Shown here: positions 28,584 through 55,163 of the stretch, in pieces
Position numbering within the stretch: position 1 is the stretch's first letter
Layout: every line of letters begins with the position of its first letter
Source of the DNA: Antechinus flavipes
Lineage: Eukaryota
Direction: 5' to 3'
DNA: 64,000 nucleotides
Assembly: GCF_016432865.1 (NCBI RefSeq)
Contig: NC_067398.1
Span: 654,720,001 to 654,784,000 of the forward strand
Program-made: the position numbers and the translations under genes
The notes under the pieces: model-generated
What the model saw: only the letters and a program-made list of their open reading frames with translations
What the model was told of the DNA's origin: nothing
The model's database searches: none

Positions 28584-29040
28584 AATCTCAGGGGAAAAGT
28601 GGATACCTCCAGCACTTGCACACACATTTCCCTCCTAATGTGCCCCAGGCTATGTGCTCTTGTCCACCATGGCTCCTTGGGGTCCAGTGCAAAGGGCTCT
28701 GGCCCTGAATCTCCCTCCTTAGAAGGTTCATTGTCTTGATGAAGAGAGTCTCTGTGTGTGCATCCCCTTAAAGGCCACGAGGCTGCTTTGGATCAGAGAG
28801 TCCTGCCCCATTCCCTCTGGTCCAGCTGCTTAAGTGACTGGGACACTTCGCCTACCAGATCCCCCTTCCAGATCGGCAGCTCCACCCATTGATGGGTGAC
28901 TTGATACCCTCTCACCCTGGCCTTGCTCCCGGCCTAGGCGGTACTGCTGGCCATGTAGCCAAATGAGCAAGACCTGTGTGGGTGGGAGAGTCTAACCTTA
29001 CTGTGACCTTGACACAATAAACTCAGATCCTTCCCCACAG
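28584..29040 (+). other. PRKCSH: PRKCSH non-coding terminal exon (3' UTR) with AATAAA at 29016-29021
   Basis: Donor ctag|gtatgg at 28330/28331, 9 nt after the stop; acceptor ttctttcttgcag| at 28583; aataaa at 29016. Confidence 0.65.
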
Positions 29041-29714
29041 CTGGAAGTTGACTCCTTATTCTCACTGCTGGAGAACGAGGGGCTGGGGCAGAGAGGGGAG
29101 AGGGGTCCTGGGCCCCCCCATTGCAGACAGAAGTTGCCCTGCTAGGCAGCAGTGAATTGTGGCCTAAATTCAGATCCTGCCTTAGACTTGGCAAATCACT
29201 TTTAGGCTTTCTTAGTCCTGATTTCCTCCTCTGTAAAATGGGGATAGTAGTAACAGGACCTTTATAATATGCTTTGTTGCAACCTTGCTATAGAAATGCT
29301 GGCTGTTATTTCAATCCCCTCAACCGTCTTCCCCCAGAGTCTCACTGCCATCCGCCCACCACTGAGAATGGCGTCCCCTCACACCCCGGGCAGGAGAGAG
29401 TGCAAATATTCTATCCCCCATTCCAGGTTTGAAGAAATGCAGTGTGTCTTGTTCACAAACAGCCTGAGTGTCTGAGGTGGGATTGGGACTTTGATCCCCT
29501 TCTAATGAAGCGCATTAACCTCAAAATGTAGAAAAAGGCAAGTTCTTAAATGTGCGCACGCACACACACACACACAACATATATGCTCAATCTCATGCAT
29601 ACAAATGGAAGCAGACTGATAGCTTGCTCTCACGTAGATTCAAGTACTAATACTGCCATGTTCAATCTTTTCACATGCGTGCATTTACACACAGACACAC
29701 ACACAAATACCCCA

Positions 29715-32700
29715 AACCCATAAGATTCTGAACTTTTATTTTCTGGCATGAAAAGTACAAATAATCCAACGATTCCATGTAAAAGTCTGTTACAGCGTCA
29801 GGCCTGTAATCCCATAATAAATAGTCTAAACTCAACGCAAAGTGTTTTTTTTTTCTTTTTACAGTTTTTTTTTGATCCTCCAACATTTACTCTGTCATGA
29901 TTTGAAACCATCCGAATAAATAACAGGATGAAGTGAGGAGGAGTGGGCAGAGCCCCCTCCTGCCTGCCAGCCCCCTCCAAGGATGTGGAAGACCGGGGGC
30001 CCCCTCCCCTCCCCTCTGGGGAGCCCCAGCCATTCTGGGGGAAGGAGGGGGTCTGGTCATGGGAGCCTGGCTGAGTTTAGTTTAGTTTTAGAAAAAAATA
30101 TCCCAAGCTGTGTGGGTGGGGAAGGGATGGGGAGAGCCAGGCTGGGGGGAGGGGGCTCTGCCTGGGGAGTGGGAGTTTGGGGGAGGGGGGAGCGGGGAGG
30201 GGGCACCTCTCTCTCCTGCTCAGCAGAGCCCGGCCCTCAGGGCCCCCACTGTTCCCCCCCCCCAAGCCCCCAGCCCGCCCTTATTGCTCCGAGAAGCCTC
30301 AGGACACGCTGCACACACGTGTGCACATACGTGCTCACACGTGTCAAGGGCAGAGGGGGAAAGGCCCCAAGAAACAGGGGGAGAGAGGAGGGAAGAGCAA
30401 AGGGCCAAGGGGGGGTACTCCTGGGGCTGGGGCTGGGCCTGGGGGGGGTAGGGGGGGCCTCTCCTATCCCTCCTTCCCTCAGGGTCCACCCTGTTCTGGG
30501 TCTGGGGAGAAGGAGGGTGGGGTTAGAAAATTCACAAGAATAAATAGATCCGTGTAGATAAACAACAAGCTTAAGTCTTCACCAGCTAATAGAATGAGGA
30601 CTGAAAAAAGTACCCAACAAGACAAGAGCAAAATCATAGAGCACATCGAAAAACCCCACCGAACAACCGCCCGGATCCTGCCGCCCGCCCGCCGCCCGCC
30701 CGGGCCGGCCTGGGCACTGGGCCCCGCCAGCCGCTCTCTCCAGTGACTCAGAATAATTCTCGTCCAACAACACTTTTGTTCCCTTGGATAAATAAATTAG
30801 GCATAAACCACTTCTCAGCAAATTAAAAAAATCTGTCCTTTAACTTGCGGATAGGATGAAGGAACAGAAATATACACAAATGTCCTCACGCGGCCGGAAT
30901 AATAATAAATAGTTAAGTTAACAATAAGTTAAAACTACAAGAAGCTAAATTCTGCAAAAAGGTGTAGTAAGAGTTATTGGTGCCAGTTTCTCTCTCTCAT
31001 TTTTATAGGTTTTTTGTTTGTTGTTGTTCACTTTTTTTTTTGTTTTTTTTTTTTTTGTTTTATTGTTTTTTGTTGTTTTTTTTTTGTTGTTTTTTTTTCT
31101 CGCAGCAGAAGCTCCACAGACACCTACGAACACGGGGGGAGCACAGGACGGAGGGAGCGCAGGGAGGGGGTCCAGGCCCCAAACTAACGCCTAACGGGAA
31201 ACAAGGAAGAAGCTGACTTGGGTGAATGGTGTCTCACTGAACTGAGGCTGAGCTGGGCTGCCCCAGCTGGGGAGAGCGGAGCCCGCGGACCAAGGGGGCC
31301 AGGGCCAGGCCACGGTCTTCGCTTTTATTGAAACGAAAAAACAGAAACTATAAATGCACATTCCAGACGGGATGGAAGGGGGGAGGGGAGAAGGTGGGAT
31401 GGAGGGGATCGGGGAATGGGGATCGCTGAGGGGTGGGATGGGCCAGGGTCAGGGCCTGGGCCTGGGGGCTGCCTCAGTTCCCCTGAACCAAGGAGAGGTT
31501 TGGGAGGGACCTAGGTGAGAGTGTGTCAGGGGGTAGAAGAGGTCAGGTGTGTCTACTTCCCTCTTTGTATTGTTCCCAGAAGGTGGGTTTGGATGGGAGG
31601 GTGGGGCCGGCTCAGGCCCCCACAGCACCAGGGCCAGGGCTTGTCCACTAGGGGATGGGGAGGGGTGTTGGCTGCCCGAGGTCTGGGGGACAGTCTCACC
31701 GCCTGCCTCCCAGAGAGAGAGGCAGGTCTCCTGTGGCCCAGCCCCACAATGCGGGGAATAGGGATGGAAGAGTGGTGTCTGGGAGACCAGGACTGTGTAG
31801 CTGAGGGGAGTGGCCGGCACTGACCCTATGCCTTTGGGACCACAGGGTTTGGGGGATGAGCTCCCTCCCATCCTGACTCCCACTGGTTAGGGGAGGGACA
31901 ACGTTCTTCCCAAACAGTATGGTCGCTGCTCCCACAGCCCTGACCCTGACTAGGGCTGAGATCCGGCTCTGCGCCCCTCTTGGCACTGGCCCCGGCCCCA
32001 CTAGTTCTAGGGAAAGAGGGGTAGTGGCAGAGGAAGAACAAGGAGCCCCTGACCCCCCCACGCCCCGCTCTCTCGGGCTCCCCAGAACGAGCCCCAGCAC
32101 CGGGTCCCGGCCGGAAGTTACCGGGGCCTGGCTTGGGCCCCCGAACCAGGAGGAGCTGGGAGGCCGCCCAGCTCTGCGCTCCGACCTAAGGCCGGGGGAG
32201 CCCCACGCTGACACAAGGGGAGGAGGAGATGGCTGGGGCTGGGGAGCGTGGACCTTTGGCCCCTCGGGGCTAAGCCCAGGGAGGCTGAGTGTCCCTCTGG
32301 TCCCTGGTCTGGCCCCAAGGTTAGTTCTGAGCTAGTATGTTAAGTCCTTCCATTATGGGGCTCCCTTGAAGGGAACCTTGAGGCAGTTTCTAGAAAGGGA
32401 GGTGACCAGAGAGGGAGTGTCTGTGTGGTCATGTGTGTGTCTGCGTGTATGTGTGGTGGAGGTGTCTCTGACAGTGTGTGTGTGTGTGAGAGATCCTGTG
32501 TGACTGATGGCCCCTCCAGTGTGTGTGATATAATTGTGATCCTGTGTGTGTGCGTGCGTGTGTGTGTGTGTCCTGTATGACACTCCCAGGGTGCCCTTGG
32601 AGAGCCCCTCCCCTCCCCCTCCAGGCCCCAACCTCAGCCCCATCAGCCTCACCTGCCANNNNNNNNNNNNNNNNNNNNNNNNNNNNNNNNNNNNNNNNNN

Positions 32701-33838
32701 NNNNNNNNNNNNNNNNNNNNNNNNNNNNNNNNNNNNNNNNNNNNNNNNNNNNNNNNNNNNNNNNNNNNNNNNNNNNNNNNNNNNNNNNNCTTTTTTTCCA
32801 TTGTGTTTCTGTTTTCAGCTTCTCCCCCCCACCCTCCTCCCACCATCTCCTGGGGCCAGGCCCCCTTCTCAAGGTCTCTTTTTTTGGGGATTTTTAAACC
32901 TGTTCCTTTGCCTCCCTCACCCCTCCTGGTCCTGGGGCCTGGAAGGGCAGGGGTCCCAGGCAGAATCTGCCCAGGATGATGGGGGGCCCTGAACCCCCAC
33001 TTCCTCTGACTCCCCAGCCTCGGCTAAACCACCAGGTTTTTGCGTCTTCGGTTTTTGTTTTGCCAAAATAAAAGAGAAAAAAAAACTTTCAGAATGACTG
33101 AAACCCAAGAGCTCAGTGCTCGGGAAGATCGAGAGAGAGTGAGCGAGTGAGCCAGTATCTGGGGGGAGGGCAAGAAAAAAGGGGGGGTTCAGGAGGGGCC
33201 CATCCCCACCCCCAGCCCCTCTCTAAGGCCAGCACCTTCCCCGCTCCAAACCTAATCCCGCTCCCTAGTCCCCGGGAGGTTATGGGGCAGAGAGGGGAGG
33301 GGGCCATTCTTTCCACCTTCCGGTTTCCGGGCCGGAGAGGGAGGTTCTGGCGCCCCCCAGCCCCCGCCCCGCCCCTAGCAGCAGTGGCTGCAGCGTGTCC
33401 TCCTGTCTGTCAGTCGACATCTGTCACGCTGCAAGGGAGGGGGGGAGGGGAGCAGAGGAGCAGGGGGGCCAGGTGGGGGAGCGGGGGAGGGGGGAAGGGG
33501 AGGGATGTTCCCGTAGGAACACACTGGTGGGGCCAGGGCTAACACTGGTGGGTCCAAGGGCTGCTGCTGGGGTGGGTTAAGGGTCGGGAAGGGGGAGTCG
33601 GGAGGGCGACCTAAGTTTGGGTGGCTGCTTCCTTCTCCGTGGGGGTGGGGGCGGGGTCTGTTCAGACGTCCGCCCGTCCATCTGTGAGTCTGGCCAGTCG
33701 CCCCCGCCCCCCACCTCCCCAGCCTGGCCCGGCTCCGATTCTCGGCCCTGCCCCCCCACTCGCACCCCGGCCTGTCTGCCGCCCCGGCCCGTCCCGCCCC
33801 GCCCAGCCCGCCTGGCCCACCGGCCCACCCACCGGCGC
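29715..33838 (-). other. ELAVL3: ELAVL3 long 3' UTR (~4.1 kb) with proximal (31324-31329) and distal (29735-29740) AATAAA signals
   Basis: Plus-strand tttatt at both sites. The distal site is followed on the sense strand by a GU-rich element (tgtgtgtgtctgtgtgt). U-rich and AUUUA blocks lie at 30520-30960 and 33060-33090. Confidence 0.7.
32659..32789. other. Assembly gap (131 N) within the ELAVL3 3' UTR
   Basis: Run of N. Confidence 1.
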
Positions 33839-49810
<15,972 letters not shown>

Positions 49811-50339
49811 TCTTCTGGGTCCGGCGGGCGCGGTTTTGGTTAGAGGCGGCTCTGGGGGGCCCGAATTCGGGCGTCCGTCAGCCCAGAGGCCCCGGCACCA
49901 TGCGAGGCCCGCGGCCTGAGCTTCACCGCTCGTTAACTCCGGAGGCGGCCGCTCCCTCGAAGAGGGAAACTGGGGGATTATCGGGAGGACCGAGGATAGC
50001 AGCGGCAGCAGCGATCCAGGAGGCCCAACCCTGATGGGGAGGCGGCGGCCGCGGAGGAGGGAGAGGCGAGAGCGTGAAGATGGAGTTGGGGGGGCGGCGG
50101 CGTCGGGGGGGGCGGGGGAGCTGGTGACGCCCCCGGCTCTGCCCAGCTAGCTCTGGGATGCTAGGGGCGGGGGGGCCCAGGGGAGGGGGAGCTGCGGTTC
50201 CCAAAATAAATAGCGATGCTCCTCCCTAGCCGCAGCTGTAGCCGCCGCCCAGCCCCGGCCCCGGCCCCGGCCCTGCTTGTCCCCGCTCCCCGCCCGCCCG
50301 CCCGCCCCGGCCCCAGCCCCGGCCCGCGCTGTGAGCTGC

Positions 50340-50415
50340 GCGCTGTGTGTCGCGGCGCCGCCGCCCCCGGCCCTTTATACCACCAGCTGCCGCCGCCGGA
50401 GCAGCTCATTGGCTG
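50340..50415 (-). promoter_or_regulatory. ELAVL3 core promoter: TATA box and CCAAT box within a CpG island
   Basis: Minus-strand TATAAA at 50374-50379 and CCAAT at 50408-50412. The inferred TSS is about 50345-50350. Confidence 0.7.
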
Positions 50416-52346
50416 TTCTGTGCAAGGGTTCCCCCCGCCTCCTCACCCCGCTACCCTGCTCCCCCTCCCGGCCCCCAGTCGGCTCGGCAGGTGGAGGCAG
50501 AGACGCGCCGTCCAGGCCCCCCGCAGTCCCGCTACTCCCCAAGCCTGACTTCAAGCCTCTCTCTTGAATTTTAGTCTCTCTCCTCCCTGATACTGCCCTA
50601 TTCATTCCTTTCCCCTTATCCTCATCGACTCTTTGTAACCCGACAATTGTCCCCTTTGCTCTTTTCACCCTACGACGAGGTCAACGAGGGCAGTCCTGCA
50701 AGATTCAGCTAGAAAGTACTCTTGGGAATTCTGGAACCCTGTCTCTTCATATATGGGGTGGAAGAATGAATGCTGACTGAGTCTGGGGACGGGTATGAAA
50801 CAAAGACCATTCCCTCGCAAGGGCACAATGATCGCAAGGAGCAGTGACCAAGTCCAGAGAAAGGGGAAATGCTCTTCTGTGACACGTTTAGGAAAGACTA
50901 ACCAGTCTGCTATGTTTGGCTCTATATTCTTTTGCTTTTCTGCGTCTCTGCTCCAGTCTTCAATTCTATAAATATTTATTAGCATCATATATAAATAACT
51001 AGGGGAGGGGGATAAAAAATCTGTGCCCTGAAGGAGCTTACATTCTAATTCCTCTGTCTCCGCTTCTGTGTCCAGGCTCTTTTAGAAGTATTGGTAGACC
51101 GTGATGGAGGAGTCTGAGAAAGTCAAATTATTCTTGGTACAAAACAGTGCGTAGAAAAAACCATATCTTTCTCGGGACAAAAGGATAGAGACCCACCTGA
51201 TATTTTTACAATGTTACCTTCTTTCAAATTCCGCATTCTATGTTGTTAAAGAGAAATCAGGAGTGACAGCCTAAGAAAGAGGACGTAGGCATCTGGATCC
51301 CGTCGAAAGAGGGAAAACTAGACGTGTTCATCAGCTCTGGAGCCTACATCTTGACCCCCGAAGTTCCCTGGCAAGGTGGGGCAGGTTGTGATTTGTGCTG
51401 TAGCGTACCCCGTCGGTCAGTGAGGCTAGAAAAGAAGGCTAGGAAGCAGTACTGAGCGATTCCGAAGGAAAAGTCCCCAGTAGCTCAAACTTAGCGCAAA
51501 AGATCGCTTGGAGATCCTCTAGACTGAAGAAAGGGCGGAGTGACAGAACCTGGCTTGGGCGGGGAAGGGAGTGGGGCACAGAACAACCTCTTCAGCCACT
51601 TACAGTGAGTCTCAGGGGCAACCCTAGGCCTCTGGATGGGGGGTGGGAAGAGAGGGGGAAAATCAACGCTTAGCCAATCATAACTCGAGGCCCAGAAAGC
51701 CTAAGAACCACGTGGATTCCCCCCCTCCCCACAAACTTAGGGTGGGCGGATCCTACATAAAAATGAACAGAGGTTCCCGGTTTCTAATTGGCAGGGTAAA
51801 GTACCGTCATACTCTCAGGCCCAGGGGAACCCAAGGCCACTCCTAACGGAGCCCGAGCTGAGCTTTTCGTGCATGTATACGTCCTCAAATATCTAGATAG
51901 ATAACTGTATGAGTTCACGCATGTCCAGACGTACGGCCACACGCTCACGGAAAGACGCACACATGTTTAGACACATACACATGACCAACATACATGCTTG
52001 CGCCGCAGATCACATACATAAGCACGTGTTCATATCCGTGTACCAACATGTGCAGAATGCACACGTTCAGACAAACTTCCGGCTGAGATTAGTGACGGGC
52101 TAAGACGCCACCCTCCCCCTTCCCATATAGCCTCAGGCCTTTGGAACCCAAACAATAGGAACCCGTCCCGCTCTAAGGAAAGGAAACGTAGCAGCTGCCT
52201 CCATCCCTCTCCGTCTCTCCGTCCCGCCCCCGGAGCCTTTGTTTCGAGTCCCCAGTCTCTGAATTTTTGTCTGTCTCTCTCTAACCCACCCCAATTTGAC
52301 TGAGATGAAAGGTTCCTTTCTCGGAGGTGACCATCCCATTTTGAGC

Positions 52347-52367
52347 TTCAGCACCATAGACAGCGCG
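52347..52367 (+). promoter_or_regulatory. RE1/NRSE (REST-binding) element about 2 kb upstream of ELAVL3
   Basis: TTCAGCACCATAGACAGCGCG versus consensus TTCAGCACCACGGACAGCGCC. Both half-sites are present with the canonical 2-nt spacer and one core mismatch. Confidence 0.8.
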
Positions 52368-52669
52368 GCACGACGGCTCCATCTGGATTCCAGCAGCAGT
52401 GAAGAAAGTCCTTCTCAAGTTCCCCCACCCACCCCACCCGCGCCTGTACTGTAACCTCTGAGTCGGAGGTCGAAACAAGAGTCTAAAAAGCAGAGGGACA
52501 AGGTCTATCATGTCCTATTCGTGCCCTTTGGTTTAAATGTCACAGATCAGCTTCACTCAGAGCTCCACACTATGGTTGTCAGATCCACCGAAAGAATCGA
52601 AAATCACCCCGTTAGGGAAAGTCACGAAGAAACAAATTGTAGGCAGATGTTCACGTCGAAGGACCTAGA

Positions 52670-53720
52670 GCTAGCCAATCATGAATTGGACAACAGGGGG
52701 CGCAGTTGGGAGGATTTATACAAAGGCCAATCGCCTTGACTTGTAAGAAAAGCAATTAGAAGGCTACGTAGGAATACCTCGACGGCCAGACTTCGTGAGC
52801 TCTGAACTGTGGGGTGAAAGAATACCCATCTGGAACAAGTGCTCAGATTGTCGGGCCAATGGGGGAGGGAGGACTAGCTGAAAATGCACCTGCCCTCCGC
52901 TCCTGGAACTACTGAATGCATTGTTCTCCCCAAGCTGCCAGGGACTGGGGGGAGGGGACGCTATGGGCTTTGCTGCCCCCCCTTTTTCCCCCAGCGCTGA
53001 TTCTCTCGGTGGTTTGTTCAGATCCACCCACCCACAGCCAGTAAAATCTCCACGCCAGCCTCGCTGTAGAAAAAGGAAACCAATGGAATGTTTTCTAACA
53101 GCGTCGGCAGAGCCCGGGAGCCAAACGCAGGCTCGCCTATTGGTCTGAATAGAATATAGAAAGCACGTTTCCCCTCACACCAGCGGGTCTATCCTCCGTG
53201 GGCGGGGAATAACTGACAGTCCACCAGGGTCCAGGGAGAGAAGGTGATGCGCGCGGTGGAACGGGAGGATACGGCGCTAACCACCAGCAGCTTCTAGAAA
53301 GCATGCGGTCCAAGCGGGGTTCCCATGGTAACTGCGACTTGCCAGCTGCGGCCGCCCGGGTGGGGAGGGGGCGCTGTCTGAGGCTGCCGCTCGGATTCTA
53401 AACTACGAGAATACTCTCCACTCTCACCTAAAACCACCGGCTCCAAGCCGCCCCTCCCCAAACCTGGAAAGTAAGTTCGAGGCGAAGGGCCAAAATGGGA
53501 AGGAAAAGCAGAACTCCGCCTCCCGTTCGGCGCGGGAGCCTCTGGCTGGCCGAGTACCAGGTTCGATTGTAGCCAATCATGGTCACGGGAGCCCCAGGGC
53601 GGGAGGCGAGGGCGTGAGGGGCGAGGCATATGCCTGGGCTCCCGGCAGCGCAGCCGTTCACGTGTTCCGCTCTCCCGAAGAACTCAGTCGCCACCTCCTG
53701 GCGAAAGGAAACCGTGAAAC
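52670..53720. promoter_or_regulatory. Orphan promoter-like cluster (7 CCAAT boxes, X-box, E-box, CpG-rich)
   Basis: CCAAT/ATTGG at 52675, 52685, 52727, 52856, 53080, 53139 and 53573; GTTCCCATGGTAAC at 53319-53332; CACGTG at 53659-53664. Confidence 0.55.
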
Positions 53721-54789
53721 TTGGCTCCAGTCGGTGTCAGGGGCTTAATTGTCAAAAAGGAATTGAAACGTAGGGGTTCCAACTTGTCTAGCACTCGATG
53801 TAATCCCCAACGAAGACTGCTTGCTCTCCCCGGGAAGTCTCATTGCAGGCAGAGTGGGAGGTGGGGAGCAAAGCCCTGAATCTGGGACCGTAACTGGCTT
53901 TGCCCCTAACCCCTTTGGGGCCCAGGACACAAGCGAAGGTACTTAGATCTCTTCATCTGCAAGGAGAACATGGTACCACTTGCCCTCCCTACTGGGAATC
54001 CGTTAAGTGCTGGGCCAACAGCCACCCTTGGTAAACCCTGTCCAACCAAGCCCAATTCTTAGAAGGGTAGTCCTTTAGCCCCACACCCAGGGAAAGGCTT
54101 GATGGTGATTGACACTGAGTTTTAGCTGCAGGATCTTGGGGAAAGCAGTGGCTTCCCCCTCTTTCATTAAGGCTGCCTGACTATTCATGAAAGGCTACGT
54201 GTCCTGAAGAACTGACCCATCAACCACCAGGAACAATGGGATGAGTTGAAGGGGGGCAGCTGAGGAGGGGCAGAATCCTGAGCTCCAAAGTCTGAGAGGC
54301 CACAACCTGACCCAAAGCCAAAGGAGCCCTGCAACATGTGCCAAACAGCTCTCTTAGCCTAAGACATCTTCTTATAGTTTCTACCAGATTGAAGGAGCGT
54401 GCTTTCCTGGCCCCACAACATGAGAGGGGAACACCTATCAGGCCCTAAAGCACACCCCAGCACCTTTCCAACCTTCCCTTAGGAAGGCAAGCACTCCTCT
54501 TCCCTCCCTCCCACCAAGCGACCAGGGTTTCCTCCTATTTCCAGACAAAGGCTAACCCTCAGCTCTGAAGGCAAACGGGAGAGCAGGGGTCTGAGGCAGG
54601 AGCTTGGGGGGGGGGGGGGAATTGAGGAGGGAGCAGCAGACTATGGACAAATGGGGAAAGCACTCAGGGCATTCCTTTTTCTTTTCAGGGCCCAAAGGAT
54701 GGTAGTGTAAAGCTGGGCCTAGTCTTCCCAAGTGTTCTAGAGCATACAGAGGTAGGGTGGGAAGAGGGATTTTTTTGGTGTCTTTTTTT

Positions 54790-54795
54790 TTTAAT
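54790..54795 (-). terminator. Probable ZNF653 polyadenylation signal (ATTAAA variant)
   Basis: Plus-strand tttaat about 370 nt past the stop. It is the nearest PAS-like hexamer I found. Confidence 0.4.
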
Positions 54796-55163
54796 CACTT
54801 TTGCTCACTTAACACTGTTCCAGGTGTCCAGCCCTCTTGCCCAGTGACTTAGCTGAAAGATCTCAGCTTTAAGGGGATGGACCCATGCCCCATGACATCC
54901 AAGCAGATCCTTACAATACCTGCTATATCAATCAGCAGAACCCTGATCCAAGAGCAAAGGGCCACTCTTGGAGGCCATCTCTTTGCTTCACGGCTTGCCC
55001 TGGTGCCCTCAGTGTCCACCTATACTGCCTGCAGCCCCATTCTGGGGCTACCTCTCTTTAGCCTCCCAGAATAGCCTTTGTGAAGTGGGGTCGGGTTTAG
55101 GGAGAAGGGCCCAGGTCAGTGGGGACAAATAAATAGGAATGTCCTTTGGCCGGGCAGCCAGGA

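Noticed and set aside
53370-53390. Second RE1 site
   Set aside because: Only the right half-site (GGCGCTGTCT) is present; the GGTGCTGA half is missing.
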